A DNA stretch of 64,000 nucleotides from Heterodontus francisci (taxonomy: Eukaryota), in assembly GCF_036365525.1 (NCBI RefSeq), contig NC_090401.1, positions 39,793,674 through 39,857,673 of the forward strand, read 5' to 3'. A program made the translations under genes and the position numbers. The notes below the pieces were generated by a model. It saw nothing but the letters and a program-made list of their open reading frames with translations. It searched no databases and had not been told where the DNA came from. Numbering within the stretch: the stretch's first letter is position 1; the number at the start of each line of letters is the position of its first letter. This document shows positions 48,795 through 62,081 of the stretch, one piece after another.

Positions 48795-51615
48795 ATGTCC
48801 AGGTGTTGGAGTGTATTGACTATATTTTGTATATTCTTATGCAACCTGTATCTCTCGCTGTATTTGTTTGTAACTTTTGAGTTTACATGTTGCCATTATT
48901 CTACAATTTTCCCTCCAGAGTGTGTCACTCATATCATGTGGTTTGTGTTTTAAGGAGCATTGTCAGAATAAGTGACATACAATAATGTAGAATAACTTAA
49001 AGTGTTAACCCCTAGCAGTAGCAGAAGTCAAAATGATGGAGGATTGTAGATGAAGTGTAGCATGATTTTTAAAATAATGGAAGGGAATTTCCTGGCAAGG
49101 CGCGTCATGAGTCATTGGTTTTCTTGCCACTCTCCCCAATGTGACCTTGTTCCATAATTTCCTGGGAAATTTGGATACAGTGCATCAAACTTGCTGTTCC
49201 ATGGACCTTGGAAGAAGTGTGACCAAGGGTGGGCACCATTTCACCCAGGTGCTCAATTTCTTCTCTCAAAGCACAGATTGTGCATGCACTGCTCCTCTGG
49301 CAGGCCCTTGTGTGATCATTATGCCATGTAATCTTCTTTCTTTGTAGCATTACTTGATGGATCGTATGTCATCTTCTCTTACAGTCCTAGAGAAGATCCC
49401 TCTGTTATAGGACCTGGGGCCAGTTGTGAAGTTTGAGAGTTAGGTGCTTCCTGGTCATTTTCATGTCTTCAGAGGACAAGGAATGAGTGCACTGGAGATG
49501 TCCTGTGACTGTTTGAATGTAGCCACAAGCAATGATGAACATCTTTTGCTAGTTGTGACACGTGGGTGGGTGGGAGAGTCCTCTTTCTAACCTAATAAAT
49601 GAGGACATGGTCGTACCAGCAAATGTAGCAAAGACATCACTGGATTGCTGCTTTAACTTTTCCAGGGCTGTGTGGGAGACAATCCAAGTCTACAGTGCAT
49701 ACTGGAGAATTTGAATGATGCAAGTATTGTACAGGCTAAGTTTTGTTGGAAGTGGGAGGTGCAACGACCATGCTCTTGTTCAGCTCCATTCTCACCTGGC
49801 ACATCGGCACAATTCTACATTGTTTTTCTGCTTTGCTTTGATGTGACTTGTGGATCAGTGATCCCAGATATATAAATTGCTCTACCCATTTCACAATCTC
49901 ACTTCTAGAGATTATAAATCTATTCTTTACACCCTCTTTGGGGTCGGGAGGTAATAGCAAGTTTGCTGCTGTCTCCTGCTGTGGTAACTCACACTGTGCC
50001 TCTGCCCCACCCAAACCTTCTGTTGGATAACAGGATAATGCCCAGTTTGACGACCAGTGGAGTTACTTTGCCATTCTGAATGCGAGGGGTGGAGTGGGAT
50101 TCCTACAAGTATTACCATCAAGAACTTGCAGGTCACTGGGTCAGGAAAATTGATCCAAGCAAAAAAAGAAACTGGAAAAAATCAATTCTAAAGTGCAGAA
50201 ATCAAGCTGCAAATAGTGCTACCTGGCTGAGAATCATATAAGAATTGCGAGTGATACAACTAGTAGGTGATATCAGGCCGACCTGTGCCTAGATTTCTTG
50301 GAATAATTGAATATCACAAGAAAACTAGCATGTATTCCAAGAAATTTGTGCTTGCAGCTGTTTTGAATAGGGACAGAGATATGTTAAGTTTTGGAGAGTT
50401 TTGTTCTGTGAAGAGCACTTTAGCCTAATTCATAAGTTCAAGGAAATTAGAGTGAACATATCTTGCTCTAATTTTTGCGCTCAAACAGCTTTACAATGTA
50501 GGTGTGCCATTGTTGCAGCAGAAGTTTCCAGGAAATTCCCAACCAATGTATTTTAAATATAGAAACTCCTGGATATAAAAATAACATTAATTTGTATGGC
50601 GCTTTGCACGACCTCCAGGATGTCTTGAAACTTTATGGCCAATGAAAATACTTTTTATGTGTAATCACTATTGCTGTGTGTTTGCCTGCTAAACAAAGTC
50701 CCATAAATAGCAATGGGTTAAATTTTTACATTGTTCACCCTCTTTTAAACTATTGTTTGTTGAAATGGTGATGATGGGTTGGTGGTCCACCACCACGTTG
50801 GATACTGCAAAGTTACTTTCAAAGGTTTTAGGGCTTGTAAATTGGATAATCCTGATGACAGTTCCTCTTTAGCTTGACTAATTCTTGTTCATCTCCCTTA
50901 TCTAATCTGCCAAATCTAAGTTGTCTGAATCCATTACTGAATTTAGTCTGGACAGGAAAAGCAAGTAGCAATAAATAACTTGGGTAGCTCAGTGATGGAG
51001 GACCATTGCCTGATCAAAATCAGGGTGGGGGTTGTGGTGGTAGCACAAGCAATGTTAATACAGAGAGGGTCTTGTAATTACAGTTTTGCATTAGTTAAAA
51101 TGAAAGTCATTGTAATCAGTTGTATCTAACCACATATTTAATGCTGGTGGTAAAAATCCAGTAATCTGATGAGCAGTGGTGGCATCTTTAAAATGTTAGT
51201 TTATTTACAAATCTTGAGAATAAGTGGTTAAGTTGGCAGCCATGTCACTATTTGCCACAATGATTCTCCCACACTCATTTTGGCTTTGTAGCTAATTGGT
51301 GGTAATGTTGTATGTAGTGCTGCAACTGTTGCATTCCTCATAAAAATTATTGCAAGATTCCTATGAAAATGCTCTTTATAATAATTCTTTTGTACATGCA
51401 TTTAGTTTTGCACAGATATGCAATGCAACCTTAACTTTAGTGCAAGTATCATTTATGACATTTCTCTTTGGTAAAGTTACTATGGGGCTCAATCATGTAT
51501 TTTAATGACTTGCTGTTTTGTGTTATCAATTTTTTTTTTTTCATTTGTGTTTTAATAATGAAGTGTACATGCAATGCAACAATTGTAAAATTACTAAAAG
51601 TATTAAAATCAGTTC

Positions 51616-51629
51616 AATAAATTAATAAA
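51616..51629 (+). terminator. Possible tmem50a polyadenylation signals (tandem AATAAA)
   Basis: aataaattaataaa after an AT-rich, U-rich 3' UTR-like stretch. Confidence 0.4.
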
Positions 51630-52775
51630 TTTCAAAAATGGTGTAGCAATAAACTGGATATATTTCTTGTAATATTTAGAACTACCTGATGTGCTGTGCC
51701 ATGGAAGATGAACTAAGGGCCTATGTACATACTCTGCACAGTGAATGCTTTATCTTGGTCATATGATTGAGTCAACAACAAACATTGCTTCCTCACAAGA
51801 AGGTGAATCTAGAACACAGGGTCAAAGTCTCAGAATAAGGGGTCGCTATTTAGTTTTGCTCTTGCATCGGCAGGTCAATGTATTGGCTGTAGGGATTTGG
51901 GAACTGCTTTTTCACCTGTCCTGGTTTAGAATTGCATATGAAGCGTTAACTCGAGTAGCATTTGTGAAGAGAGAAACAATTGTGCTGAGTATTTTCAGCA
52001 TTTTCAGTTTTTTATTTCAGATTTCCAGCATCTATAGTATTTTGGTTTTGTATTTGTAAGAGGTGGTTTGGCAAAGCCAATCTCTTCGCTGCTACTGTTA
52101 GTAGGTGGAAGTGCTACTATTGGGATTCGTATATGAAGACAGAGATTGAAAATGTGGCAGCAATACCCAGATTCTTTCATTTTAAGAAAAATCTCTTCAG
52201 ATTCTATAAAGAGCACTTCAGCCAATTCTCAGATTTCCCATCTACTAAGATGGTCTGTACAAAAAAAAATTCATATATTACTGGAATTTTGGGGGTATAT
52301 AATCAGCCCTTGATTGATGAATATAATGGGACCTGGAATTTTGTAAGAGTGGTGAGCATTCCATAGCAGAAGGCCCAACTTGGAAAATGATCAGTCCTCC
52401 TAATGGGTTCAGATATTTTGCTGATGCTAACTAGCAGCTTTGTGCTGCAAAATGAGCATAACGGCAAGCTTTATGTTACTGTTGCTATCACCCCCTGATT
52501 ATCCTTCCTGAGAATTGCACTGCGGATGGAAAGATGAAGACCATCTTAGATTAGTAATCTGATATATCCAGGTGACTAATTTCAAGTAAATTTGTTCAGT
52601 GGTTTCAAGATGTCCACCAGTGGAAGTCTGAAACTAAATGAACCCTTTGGGAAGAGTGATCAACTTTGTCATCCGATAACCTGAACCAGGTAGATCCATA
52701 GTCCTCCAGGGCATTTTTAATAATTTACCAGCCAGTCTGAATCATTAATGGAACATTGAGGGGTTGTCGATGAGG

Positions 52776-55650
52776 ACATAAGAACATAAGAAATAGGAGC
52801 TGGAGTAGGCCATTTGGGCCTTCAAGCCTGCTTTGCCATTCAACAAGATCATGGCTTGTCTACCTCAACTCCACCTTCCCACACTATCCCCATATATCTT
52901 GATTCCATTAGTACCCAAAAATCTATTGATTTTCTGTCTTGAATATACTCAATGGTTGAGCATCTACATGTTTGTGTGGTTTAAAAAAAAATTCCAAAGA
53001 TACACAGCCCTCTGAAAGGAGTAATTTCTCTTCATCTCAGACCTAAATGGCCAACCTCTTATTCTGAGACTGACCCCGTGTTCTCGGTTCCCCAGTCAAG
53101 GGCAACATTTTCTCAGCATCTACCCTTTTAAGAATTTTATGTTTCAATTCGATTGCCTCTCATTCTTCTAAACTCCAGGGAATGTAGGGCTAGTCTACTC
53201 AGTCTCTCCTCTAAAGGACAATCCTCTCATTCCAGGAACTAGTCTAGAGAACCTTAGTTGCACTCTCTCTAGGGCAAGTATGCCCCTGGGTAAAGGGACC
53301 AAACTTGTACACAGTAGTCCTGGTGTGGCCTACCAAGGCTCTGTACAATTGTAGTAAGACTTCTTTACTGTTCTACTCAAATCCCTTGGCAATAAAAGCT
53401 AACGTACATTTGCTTTTCTAATTCCTTGCTGGATGTGCAATGTTAATTTTTTGATTCATGTACAAGGATACCCAGGTCTCTCTGAATGCAAACATTTTCC
53501 AGTCTCTCGCCATTCAAAAATAATTCTGTTACGACCAGGTGAGAAAGGGGTCTAGGGTTTCCTCTCAGCCTTTACCTGCTTTAACTGTAACAGGGTTTAA
53601 TTTTTAAAACGCTGTTTTTAGCTCCCCCTCAGTGAATCCATAGTGTCATACGGCACAGCAACAGGCCCTTCGGCCCATCATGTCTGTGCTGGCCATCAAG
53701 CACCCAACTATTCTAGTCCCATATTCCTGCACTTGGCCTGTAGCCTTGTATGCTATGGCGTTTCGTATGCTCATCTAAATACTTCTTAAATGCTGTGAGG
53801 GTTCCTGCCTCCACCACCACTTCAGGCAGTGCATTCCAGATTCCAACCACCCTCTGGGTGAAATTTTTTTTCCTCAAATCCCCTCTAAGCTTCCTACCCC
53901 TTACCCTAAATCTATGCCCCCCTGGTTCTTGACCCCTTTGCTAAGGGAAAAAGTTTCTTCCTATCTAACCTATCAATGCCCCTCATAATCTTGTACAGCT
54001 CAATCATGTCCCCCCTCAGCCTTCTCTGCTCCAAGGAAAACAACCCTAGCCTTTTCAGTCTCTCTTCATAGCTGAAATGCTCCAGCCCAGGAACATCCTG
54101 GTGAATCTCCTCTGCACCTTCTTCACTGCAATCACATCCTATAATGTGGTGCCCAGAACTGTACACAGTACTCCAGCTGTGGCCTAACTAGTTTTATACA
54201 GCTCCATCATAATCTCCCTGCTCTTATATTCTATGCCTTGGCTAGTAGAGGCAAGTATCCCATATGCCTTCCTAACCACCTTATCTACCTGTGCTGCTGC
54301 CTTCAGTGATCAATGGACAAGTACACCAAGGTCCCTCTGACATCTGTACTTCCTAGGGTCCTACTATCCATTGTATATTCCCTTGCCTTGTTAGTCCTCC
54401 CAAAATGCATTACCTCACAGTTCTCGGGATTAAATTCCATTTGCCACTGCTCCGCCCATCTTACCAGCCCATCTATATCTCCTTGTAATCTAAGGATTTC
54501 CTCCTCACTATTTACAACAGCACCAATTTTCGTGTCATCTGCAAACTTACTTATCATACCTCCTATATTCATGTCTAAATCATTAATGTACACCTTGTTC
54601 ACTACTCTCCAATTATAAGGCAAAGACATCAATCAGACAGGTTTTCTTAGATTTAAACGAGAAAGGTGGAGGTTTATTAACCTTAAAACTGTAATTCGGT
54701 TAAAACGACTGAATACGCGACACGACCACTCTAGCATGCATACGCGATAAACACACACGCAGATAGAGACAGAAAAGTAGAAAGAATAAAGGGGAAAAGT
54801 TTGAAGCAATAGCTGGGGTTTATTTATTGTCCTTTGAGTTCCATGTAGAGTCTTTGATTGCAGGTAAATCTTGCCGTTTCATTGGGGCCCAGTGAACGCT
54901 TTCAAACTTGTTTCGATGTAGGAGTCTTCTCTCTTAAGGTTTGTGTCTTCAGTGGATCTGGAAATTCATGAGAGGGAGAGCGAGCCAGGCTCTTTCTTCA
55001 AGTTCAGTTGTAGTCTGACCCAAACTGTTATGTGAGCAGTTCAAAACCAAACCTGGGTCAGCAGGTTAGTCATATGACTAGTTTTTTTAACAAACTCTCC
55101 TGCGTTTTTGTGGGTTCCTTTCATCTTAGTAGACACCTGCAGTGGGGGAAGGGGGTTGGGGAAGGAATGCTGGCTTGTTCCACATTCAATGTCGAGTGAT
55201 CAAAATCCATTTGGGTTAATTGGATAAGGAAGCCATTCTATTGTCTCTCCAGGCAACTGTCTCTTAGTATGCAAATTTTTCCAGTCACTGCTGATCTCTT
55301 TAAACAATTCATATCTTCAGTCCAGCAACAGTTTAAAATTAATGTTTCATATGACAAAATTAATATGCCTCAGTCTTGGCAGGTGGGGTCTTCATACCAT
55401 CTGCTTTTTTATTTTTCCTACCAAAGTGGATAACGTCACTTTCCCACATTGTATTCCACCTGCCATGTTATTGCCCACTCACCCAACCTGAATATATCCC
55501 TTTGCAGCCTTTTTAAGGTCCTCCTCACCACTTACTTTCCCACTTTGTATCATCACACAGAGTCCCTTCATCCAAGTCATTAATCTAGATTGTAAATAGC
55601 TGAGGCCCAAGTACTGATCCTTCCAGTACCCTCCTTGCCAACCCTTTTCA
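52776..55650 (-). mobile_element. Nested repeats: CR1 (52776-53526, 55400-55650) > LTR (53527-55399) > CR1 (53640-54592)
   Basis: The outer CR1 is broken at taattc|tctgc. The LTR-like element is bounded TG...CA and matches 14395-15048. The inner CR1 has KFADDTK and FNPENCEVMHFG. Confidence 0.75.
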
Positions 55651-55872
55651 CTTAGCTCCAAATAATCTAATATGTTGAGTGGACATAAGTGGACATCTAT
55701 CAGAAAGTAGCTCTGAGCAGTTGCAAAGTTTTAGCTGGTTGATCATCTTCTTTGGCCTCCTTGTCTTGAGAGACAATGGGTAAGCGCCTGGAGGTGGTCA
55801 GTGCTGGTAATCCTGTGTACACTTGTGAGGGGTTGTTAAGGCTTGGTTCTGCCAACCTATACAAAAACTCTA

Positions 55873-56345
55873 TAGAATCATAGGATGTTTAAGGCACAGA
55901 AAGAGGTCACTTGGCCCATCATATCTGTGCTGGCTGAAAAACGATCCACCCATTCCAAGCCGAACTTCCAGCATTTGGTCCGTCGCCCTGCAGATTATGA
56001 CACTTGAGGTGCACATCCAGACTCCTTTTTAATGAGTTGAGGGTTTCTGCCTCAAATACCCTTTCAGGCAGTGAGTTCCAGACCCCAACACCTTCTGGGT
56101 GAAAAAAGGTTTCCTCAACTCCCCTCTAATTTTTCGACCAATCACTTTAAATCTATGCCACCTAGTTACTGACCTCTCTGCTAAGGTAAATAGGCCTTTC
56201 ACCTCCACTCTATCCAGGCCCCTCAAAATTTTGTACATTTCAATCAAGATCTCCCCTCAGCCTTCTCTGTTCCAAGGAGAATGACCCCAGCAGGCTTGGA
56301 GGGCCAAATGGCCTGTTCCTGTGCTGTACTGTTCTTTGTTCTTTG
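55873..56345. mobile_element. Two CR1 3' ends joined head-to-head (55873-56291 minus; 56292-56345 plus)
   Basis: YKILRGLDRV on minus; (ctgttcttt) CR1 tail on plus. Confidence 0.7.
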
Positions 56346-56929
56346 GATGTTGTAGATAGAAATGAGATATAAATATTTCCACAAGTGATGCTGGGTGAAA
56401 ACTCAAGTGGATTTGTGGATTTTTCAGGCTTGTGAACGGACATTATTGAGTCTTATCCTACTTCTGGTTGTATTGAGAACACCTATAAAATATTTTCAAT
56501 TTAAAAATGGTTTTACTTAAAAGAAACGGAGAAGATCTGATGTAGAAATATAAAGATAGATTTTAGGAATTTGTGCACCTCGTGAGGAGCTTCACGTGCA
56601 ACGGAACATGTCAGAAATTCAGACATTCTGTCCGTTTATGGTGTGCTCAGTTTCTGCGGATTGCGGTTTCCAAATATGGAAACTACGTTGAAAAAATTGA
56701 AAAACACATGGTATGTGCTGACCTTCTTGCCCAAATTGCTGATATATGTTCCCGGCCCACAAAGCTTTACACAGGAAGATAAATTTGTGAAGTCTCTGCT
56801 CTCTAATGAATCAACCTCCAAGCAATGTTCCCAAATGACCATTCTCCATCTTTGAGCCCAGAAAGTAGGCATTGGCAGGTTGTTTGAATGTGAGGGGTAC
56901 AACAGCCAACCTTGATTTTTCTCATTCAC

Positions 56930-57905
56930 AGACAGGAGTTCCTCAGGGTAGTGTCCTAGGCCTCAATTGCACCATCAATGATCTTCCCTCTGCCATGAGG
57001 TCAGAAGTGGAAATGTTCACTGATGATTGCACAATGTTCAGTACCATTCGTGACTCCTCAAATATTGAAGCAGCTCATGTCCATATGCAGCAAGACCTGA
57101 ACAACATCCAGGCTTGGGCAGATAAGTGGCAAGTAACATTTGCACCACACAAATGCCAGGCAATGACTATCTCAAACAAGAGAGAATCTCACCATCTCCC
57201 CTTGACCTTCAATGCCATCGCTGAATCCCCGATCAACATCCTGGGGTTACCATTGACCAGAAACTGAACTGGACCAGCCACATAAATGCTGTGGCGACAA
57301 GAGCACGTCCAAGGCCGGGAATCCTGTGGCGAGTAACTCACCTCCTGTCTCCCCAAAGCCTGCCCACCATCTACAAGGTACAAGTCAGGAGTGTGATGGA
57401 ATACCCTCCACTTGCCTGGATGGGTGCAGCTCCAACAACACTTAAGAAGCTCGACAACATCCAGGACAAAGCAGCCCGCTTGATTGGCAACCCATCCACC
57501 ACCTTCAACATTCACTCCCATCACCACGGACACATAGTAGCAGCAGTGTGTACCATCTACAAGATGCACTGCTGCAATGCACCAAGGCTCCTTCAACAGC
57601 ACCTTCCAAACTCACGACCTCTACCAGCTAGAAGGACTAGGGCAGCAGATGCCTGGGAACACCACCACCTGCAAGTTCCCCTCCAAGTCACACACCATCC
57701 TGACTTGGAACTATATTGCCGTTCCTTCACTGTCGCTGGGTCAAAATCGTGGAACACGCTTCCTAACAGCACTGTGGATATACCTACACCCCAAGGACTG
57801 CAGCAGTTCAAGAAACCAGCTTACCACCACCTTCTCAAGGGCAGTTAGGGATAGGCAATAAATGCTGGCCTAGCCAGTGATGCTCACATCCCACAAACAA
57901 ATTAA
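56930..57905 (+). mobile_element. CR1/L2-clade LINE 3' part (same family as 18400-21545)
   Basis: GVPQGSVLG, FTDDCT and [11 protein letters not shown] motifs; tail gggcagttagggataggcaataaatgctggcc. Confidence 0.85.
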
Positions 57906-58490
57906 AAACAAATTTCCATCAGGAATCGCTAGATAGTGATCAGGAATGGAAAACCTATCTGCTTTTTGCATTCCTTTGCAAGAGGCACTGAGGTCAGTGC
58001 AGAACCCTATTGACCTGGTTGAAATCATCTAACTCAGCACTGACTATGGATTGAACCTGGAACCTTCTTGGTCTATGTGGCATTGTTCCACATTGTGTAA
58101 TACATTTGCCAAATGCTCCATGAGAGGAGCTCACTTTTTACTGAATATTTACTCATTTAAAATTTCTTCAACTATTAGCAAGGCTAGGTTAAAAGTTTTC
58201 ACATGATCAAGAAATGCATACTTGCAAACATTCAATACAATATTTAATCAAAAAACAAAAAGAACCAAATAACGCATAAGCAAGAGAATTTTGACAAATG
58301 GCCTTCCCAATCCAGTGGGTTTTCAACATGGACTGAACACGCTTCTCATTACATTAATCCTTTGCTAAAATTCAATAGATTTTTGTTCTTTTCCTTTGAA
58401 CACTTTTTGTGAAATTAGTTCCACATTTTTGAAATGATTGTTAATCTCTGGTCTCTTGTTTCAAAATAGGAGCGATGTTGGTGAATGTCC

Positions 58491-60094
58491 TCAGATTGTA
58501 GTTGCTAGGTGTGGAAACTATATAAGAAAAAAAATTGAATCAGTTCTACTGTTAACTACTTTCAATGCAGCTTACAGCAGACATGAGTCCGCAGAGCAAA
58601 ACATATTAATAGTTCTTTTAGAGTACTTCTCAGAAAAAGAAACTAGATTTAATGAAAGGTTGATGTACAGCAGTTCACTCATCTTACAGTTACTTTGGCT
58701 TTTGTGTCATTTGAAATTGCAGACATCTTAATCTATAACATTATAATTTGAAAGATTTCAGCTTGTGAAGATAAACCAGTGCTTAGTTAAAAAATATTTG
58801 ATGCCTGTGGCATTGTCATTTAAAATGAGAAGGCATGTTACATTTTAGATTAAAGCCAGAGGTGATTATTTAAAAGGCTTAGTGTTATTTTAGTTTCACT
58901 GAGGAAATCCTTGGTGGACCACCAAGTCTGATTTTCTTAGAGACAACCCTGGCTTTTCCAATGATTTACAGAATAGTTTACTGATAAACTGATACCTTTT
59001 GCCACTTATCAATTCTATGGCTTGAATCTGCAGGTATGGGCAGCATTTGTGCAATTAACCTGCAGCCCAGTGGAATTGCTTTGCTCTGGTGGTGCTACAT
59101 CTAGAATGTAGCTTACCTTTTCTTTAGCAGTCCATTCCTTGGAGAGAAAGAACCACAGAAGTGAAGAGAGAAAGAGAAGTGGAGGAGGGACAGAGAAAGA
59201 AAAGTGGAAGTAGAGAGACAAAGAGTAGTGAAGGGGCAGATATATTAAAGTCAATGGGAAAGAAATTTGGACAGAATGTAAACAGGCTGTTGATGTGTTA
59301 TTGCCTACTTAAGATGAATTTCATTGTCATTATTTTTGCAAAGATTGCTATCAGTATCCTTCGGTAAAAGAATGTTAGAAGTTCAGAGATTTCTGGTGGG
59401 GCCCAGCCTAACAAAGTTTGAGAACCACTAAATCAGATAGTCTTGTTCAAATTCATTGTTAAGAATGACAGTGGACTTGAGCAATAGTACCAATGCACAG
59501 TGCCAGGGAATGCTGGTTCACTTGCCCATCCTAATGAATTCCTGACCTCAGCTGCACCACTATTGACAGATGTAAAATGAGGTAAGGTAACTCCCCAGAA
59601 AGAGGGAGAGACAATCATATTGGGCTGCCTTCTACTCTGGCTCAACAGCAATTTAATTGAAGGCCTGGGAGCAAGTAGTTTGCCCACTGATTTGGGTCCA
59701 GAGGGTGCATCACCCATTGAGGCCAAAAAAAGGAGAAATAGGAAGATAATAGAACAGTAGAATTCTGCCCAAACGATATTGTTTAAAATACTGGTTGTAA
59801 CTGATAAGTTCTCAGGCAGAAAAACAAAAGAATGGAAAATTCACCTCCAAAACAGTGGTGCTGCACAATATATTACGTCCACCAGTCAATAATTATTCAT
59901 AAAATACTCATTCAGTGATGATTTGAACTCGAGTAAAATGTCATTTAGCATAATTAACTCAATAATTAACCCAAAGGGAAATAGGGAACTTCTGTTGTGC
60001 ACTGGTAGGTTCCTCCTTACCACCAAATATGCTTGGTCGTCGTAGCATTTTAAATCAGGGGGCTGCTTCCAAATATTTAACTTGAGAATAAAAC
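58491..60094 (-). CDS. RHCE: Rh blood-group (RH30, RHCE/RHD-like) protein, last two exons 60021-60094 and 58491-58517
   Basis: 74-nt exon GFILKLNIWKQPPDLKCYDDQAYLV (acceptor tttacag, donor gtaagg) and terminal exon FPHLATTI* (acceptor ttatatag). These match human RH exons 9-10 (GLLLNLKIWKAP...FDDQVFWK / FPHLAVGF) as recalled. Tail-to-tail with tmem50a as in human. Confidence 0.88.
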
Positions 60095-60169
60095 CTGTAA
60101 ACAAAAAAAGGGAAAGTTGCTAAGGTTGCATCTTTAAAGGCAGACACTTTATCGTTTTAAAAATACTCA

Positions 60170-60555
60170 AGTTCCACTCAAGGCTTAAGTATCTAAACTG
60201 ACACTCCAGTGCTATACTGAGGGAGTGCTGCATTGTCAGAGGTGTCATAATTTGGATAAGATGTTAAACTGAGGCTCCATCTATCCGTTCTGGTACTTGA
60301 AATCGATGTTGTAATACTCCAGGAAGAGCAGAGAGCCAGTTCCTAGCATTCTGGTCAACATTTTTCCCTCAGCCAAAATCAACCAGAATAACAGACCATT
60401 CATTTCATTACTGTTTGTGGGATTTTTCTGTATTCAAAATGACTAACATTTGCCTATATAACAGCCACTGCATTTCAAAGCAGGCCACAATATATGAGAT
60501 GCCTTGAGACATTTCTGGAAAACATGATAAAGCACTACATAATTCAATTCTCTTT
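60170..60555 (+). mobile_element. DeuSINE (SacSINE1/AmnSINE1-like)
   Basis: Deu-domain-like ctgacactccagtgctatactgagggagtgctgcattgtcagaggtg...gatgttaaactgagg. Confidence 0.7.
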
Positions 60556-61059
60556 TTCCAAGTGAATTAATCCTGTGGGCACTTTTAAGTCCTTTTATTT
60601 GTGTCTATGTCTGCAGCATAGCACTAGTGAGGTGTGGTTTTCTACATTGGGCTCTTCACAATGCTCATGAACAGATGAGGAAAATACCTTGGATGTCGTT
60701 ATCATTTGCTATTGGTAAAAACAAAATGATGGGCTTTTAAATGTCTTAATTGCAAGACAGTAGTTTCAGGAAGATCTTCTATCACATCATGGAATACGTC
60801 TAATATTCCAAAAAGAAAAAGATTTAACAGGCATGCATCATGTGTTTTTCTGGGCTACATATCATTTGGGAAGAGATTAATGCTGAGGAATGGGAGTCTG
60901 ATGTTTAGATTCATCTTTGGATGATTCAAAGCCAGATTCAAATTTGAACTTATCAGGATATTTGTCTTTCCAAGATAAGAGGAAATGCTAAATTCAATAT
61001 AAAGAAAAAAATATATTTTAAATACTGTTATTAACTACTGATAGTTATTTCTTAGTTCT

Positions 61060-62070
61060 CAGGATGTGGGGAACATTGTCAAGGCTACATTTATTGTCTA
61101 TTCAAAGTTGCTCTGACAGAGAGATGACTATTGATGAGGCAGTAGCAGGTAAGTGGGCTGAGAATGCTTCCTTGAGGAACACCTGCAGTGATGATTTGGG
61201 GCTGTGATGTCAACCACAACCCTCTTCTTTTGAGACTAGTATGACTCTAGCCACCAGAGAGTTTTCCTTTTGGTCTTCATTGACTTCAGTTTTGTTGGGG
61301 ATCCTTGGTGCCACACTGGTCAAATGCTGCCTTGATGTTGAAGGCACCTATTCACACCTCTCTTCTGGAATTTAGCTCACCTCAATGTCTCGGTTAAGGT
61401 TATAATGAGATCTGTCGCCAAACAGTTTTGGTAAAATCTGAACTAAGAATTAGTGAACAAGTTATAGGTGAATAGGTGTCACTTGTGGCACTATTGATGA
61501 CTCTTACAATTAATTTGCATATGATTGTGAGGTTGCTATTCAGGTGGTACATGTTAGATTTGTTGTGGCTAGCACACACTTGGGAAATCTTCCGGGTAGA
61601 CACCAATGTTATAGCTGTACTGGAACAGCTTGGTTAGAGGAACAACTAGCTCTGGTACACAGGTCTTTTACACTGCAGCCAGGGTGTTTCAGGGCCCATA
61701 GTCTTTGTGCACTCAGCTACTTCATAATGTCATGTAGATTGAACTAAATTGGCCAGACACTGGTATGATGGTGGGGACCTTGGGAGGATGTTGAGTGAGT
61801 TCATCCACACGGTACTGTGGCCGACGATACTTGAAAACACTTGCCTTGTCTCTAGCACTCATATGTTGGGCTCTACTATTGTTGTGGATAGTGGTGTCCA
61901 TGGACACTCCACCTCCTGGTTGTGTACCACCATTTGATCAAATGTTGTAGAGTTACAAAGCTCTGCTCTGATCTGTTAATTGTGGAACTGCCTAGCTCTA
62001 TCTACAGCCTGTTGCTTTAAATGTTTCACATGCTGGCGGGCCTGTACAGTAGTTTCACATGGATTATACC
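61060..62070 (-). mobile_element. Old CR1/L2-clade LINE fragment
   Basis: Degenerate similarity to 19380-20300. Confidence 0.65.
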
Positions 62071-62081
62071 TCATTCTAAAA

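Noticed and set aside
59395-59430. MER5/Charlie-like TIR (tttgagaaccact)
   Set aside because: Single short match with no partner TIR or TSD found.
60660-60690. Minus-strand FPHL-like sequence as the RH last exon
   Set aside because: It lies upstream of the penultimate exon; the true terminal exon with a good acceptor is at 58491-58517.
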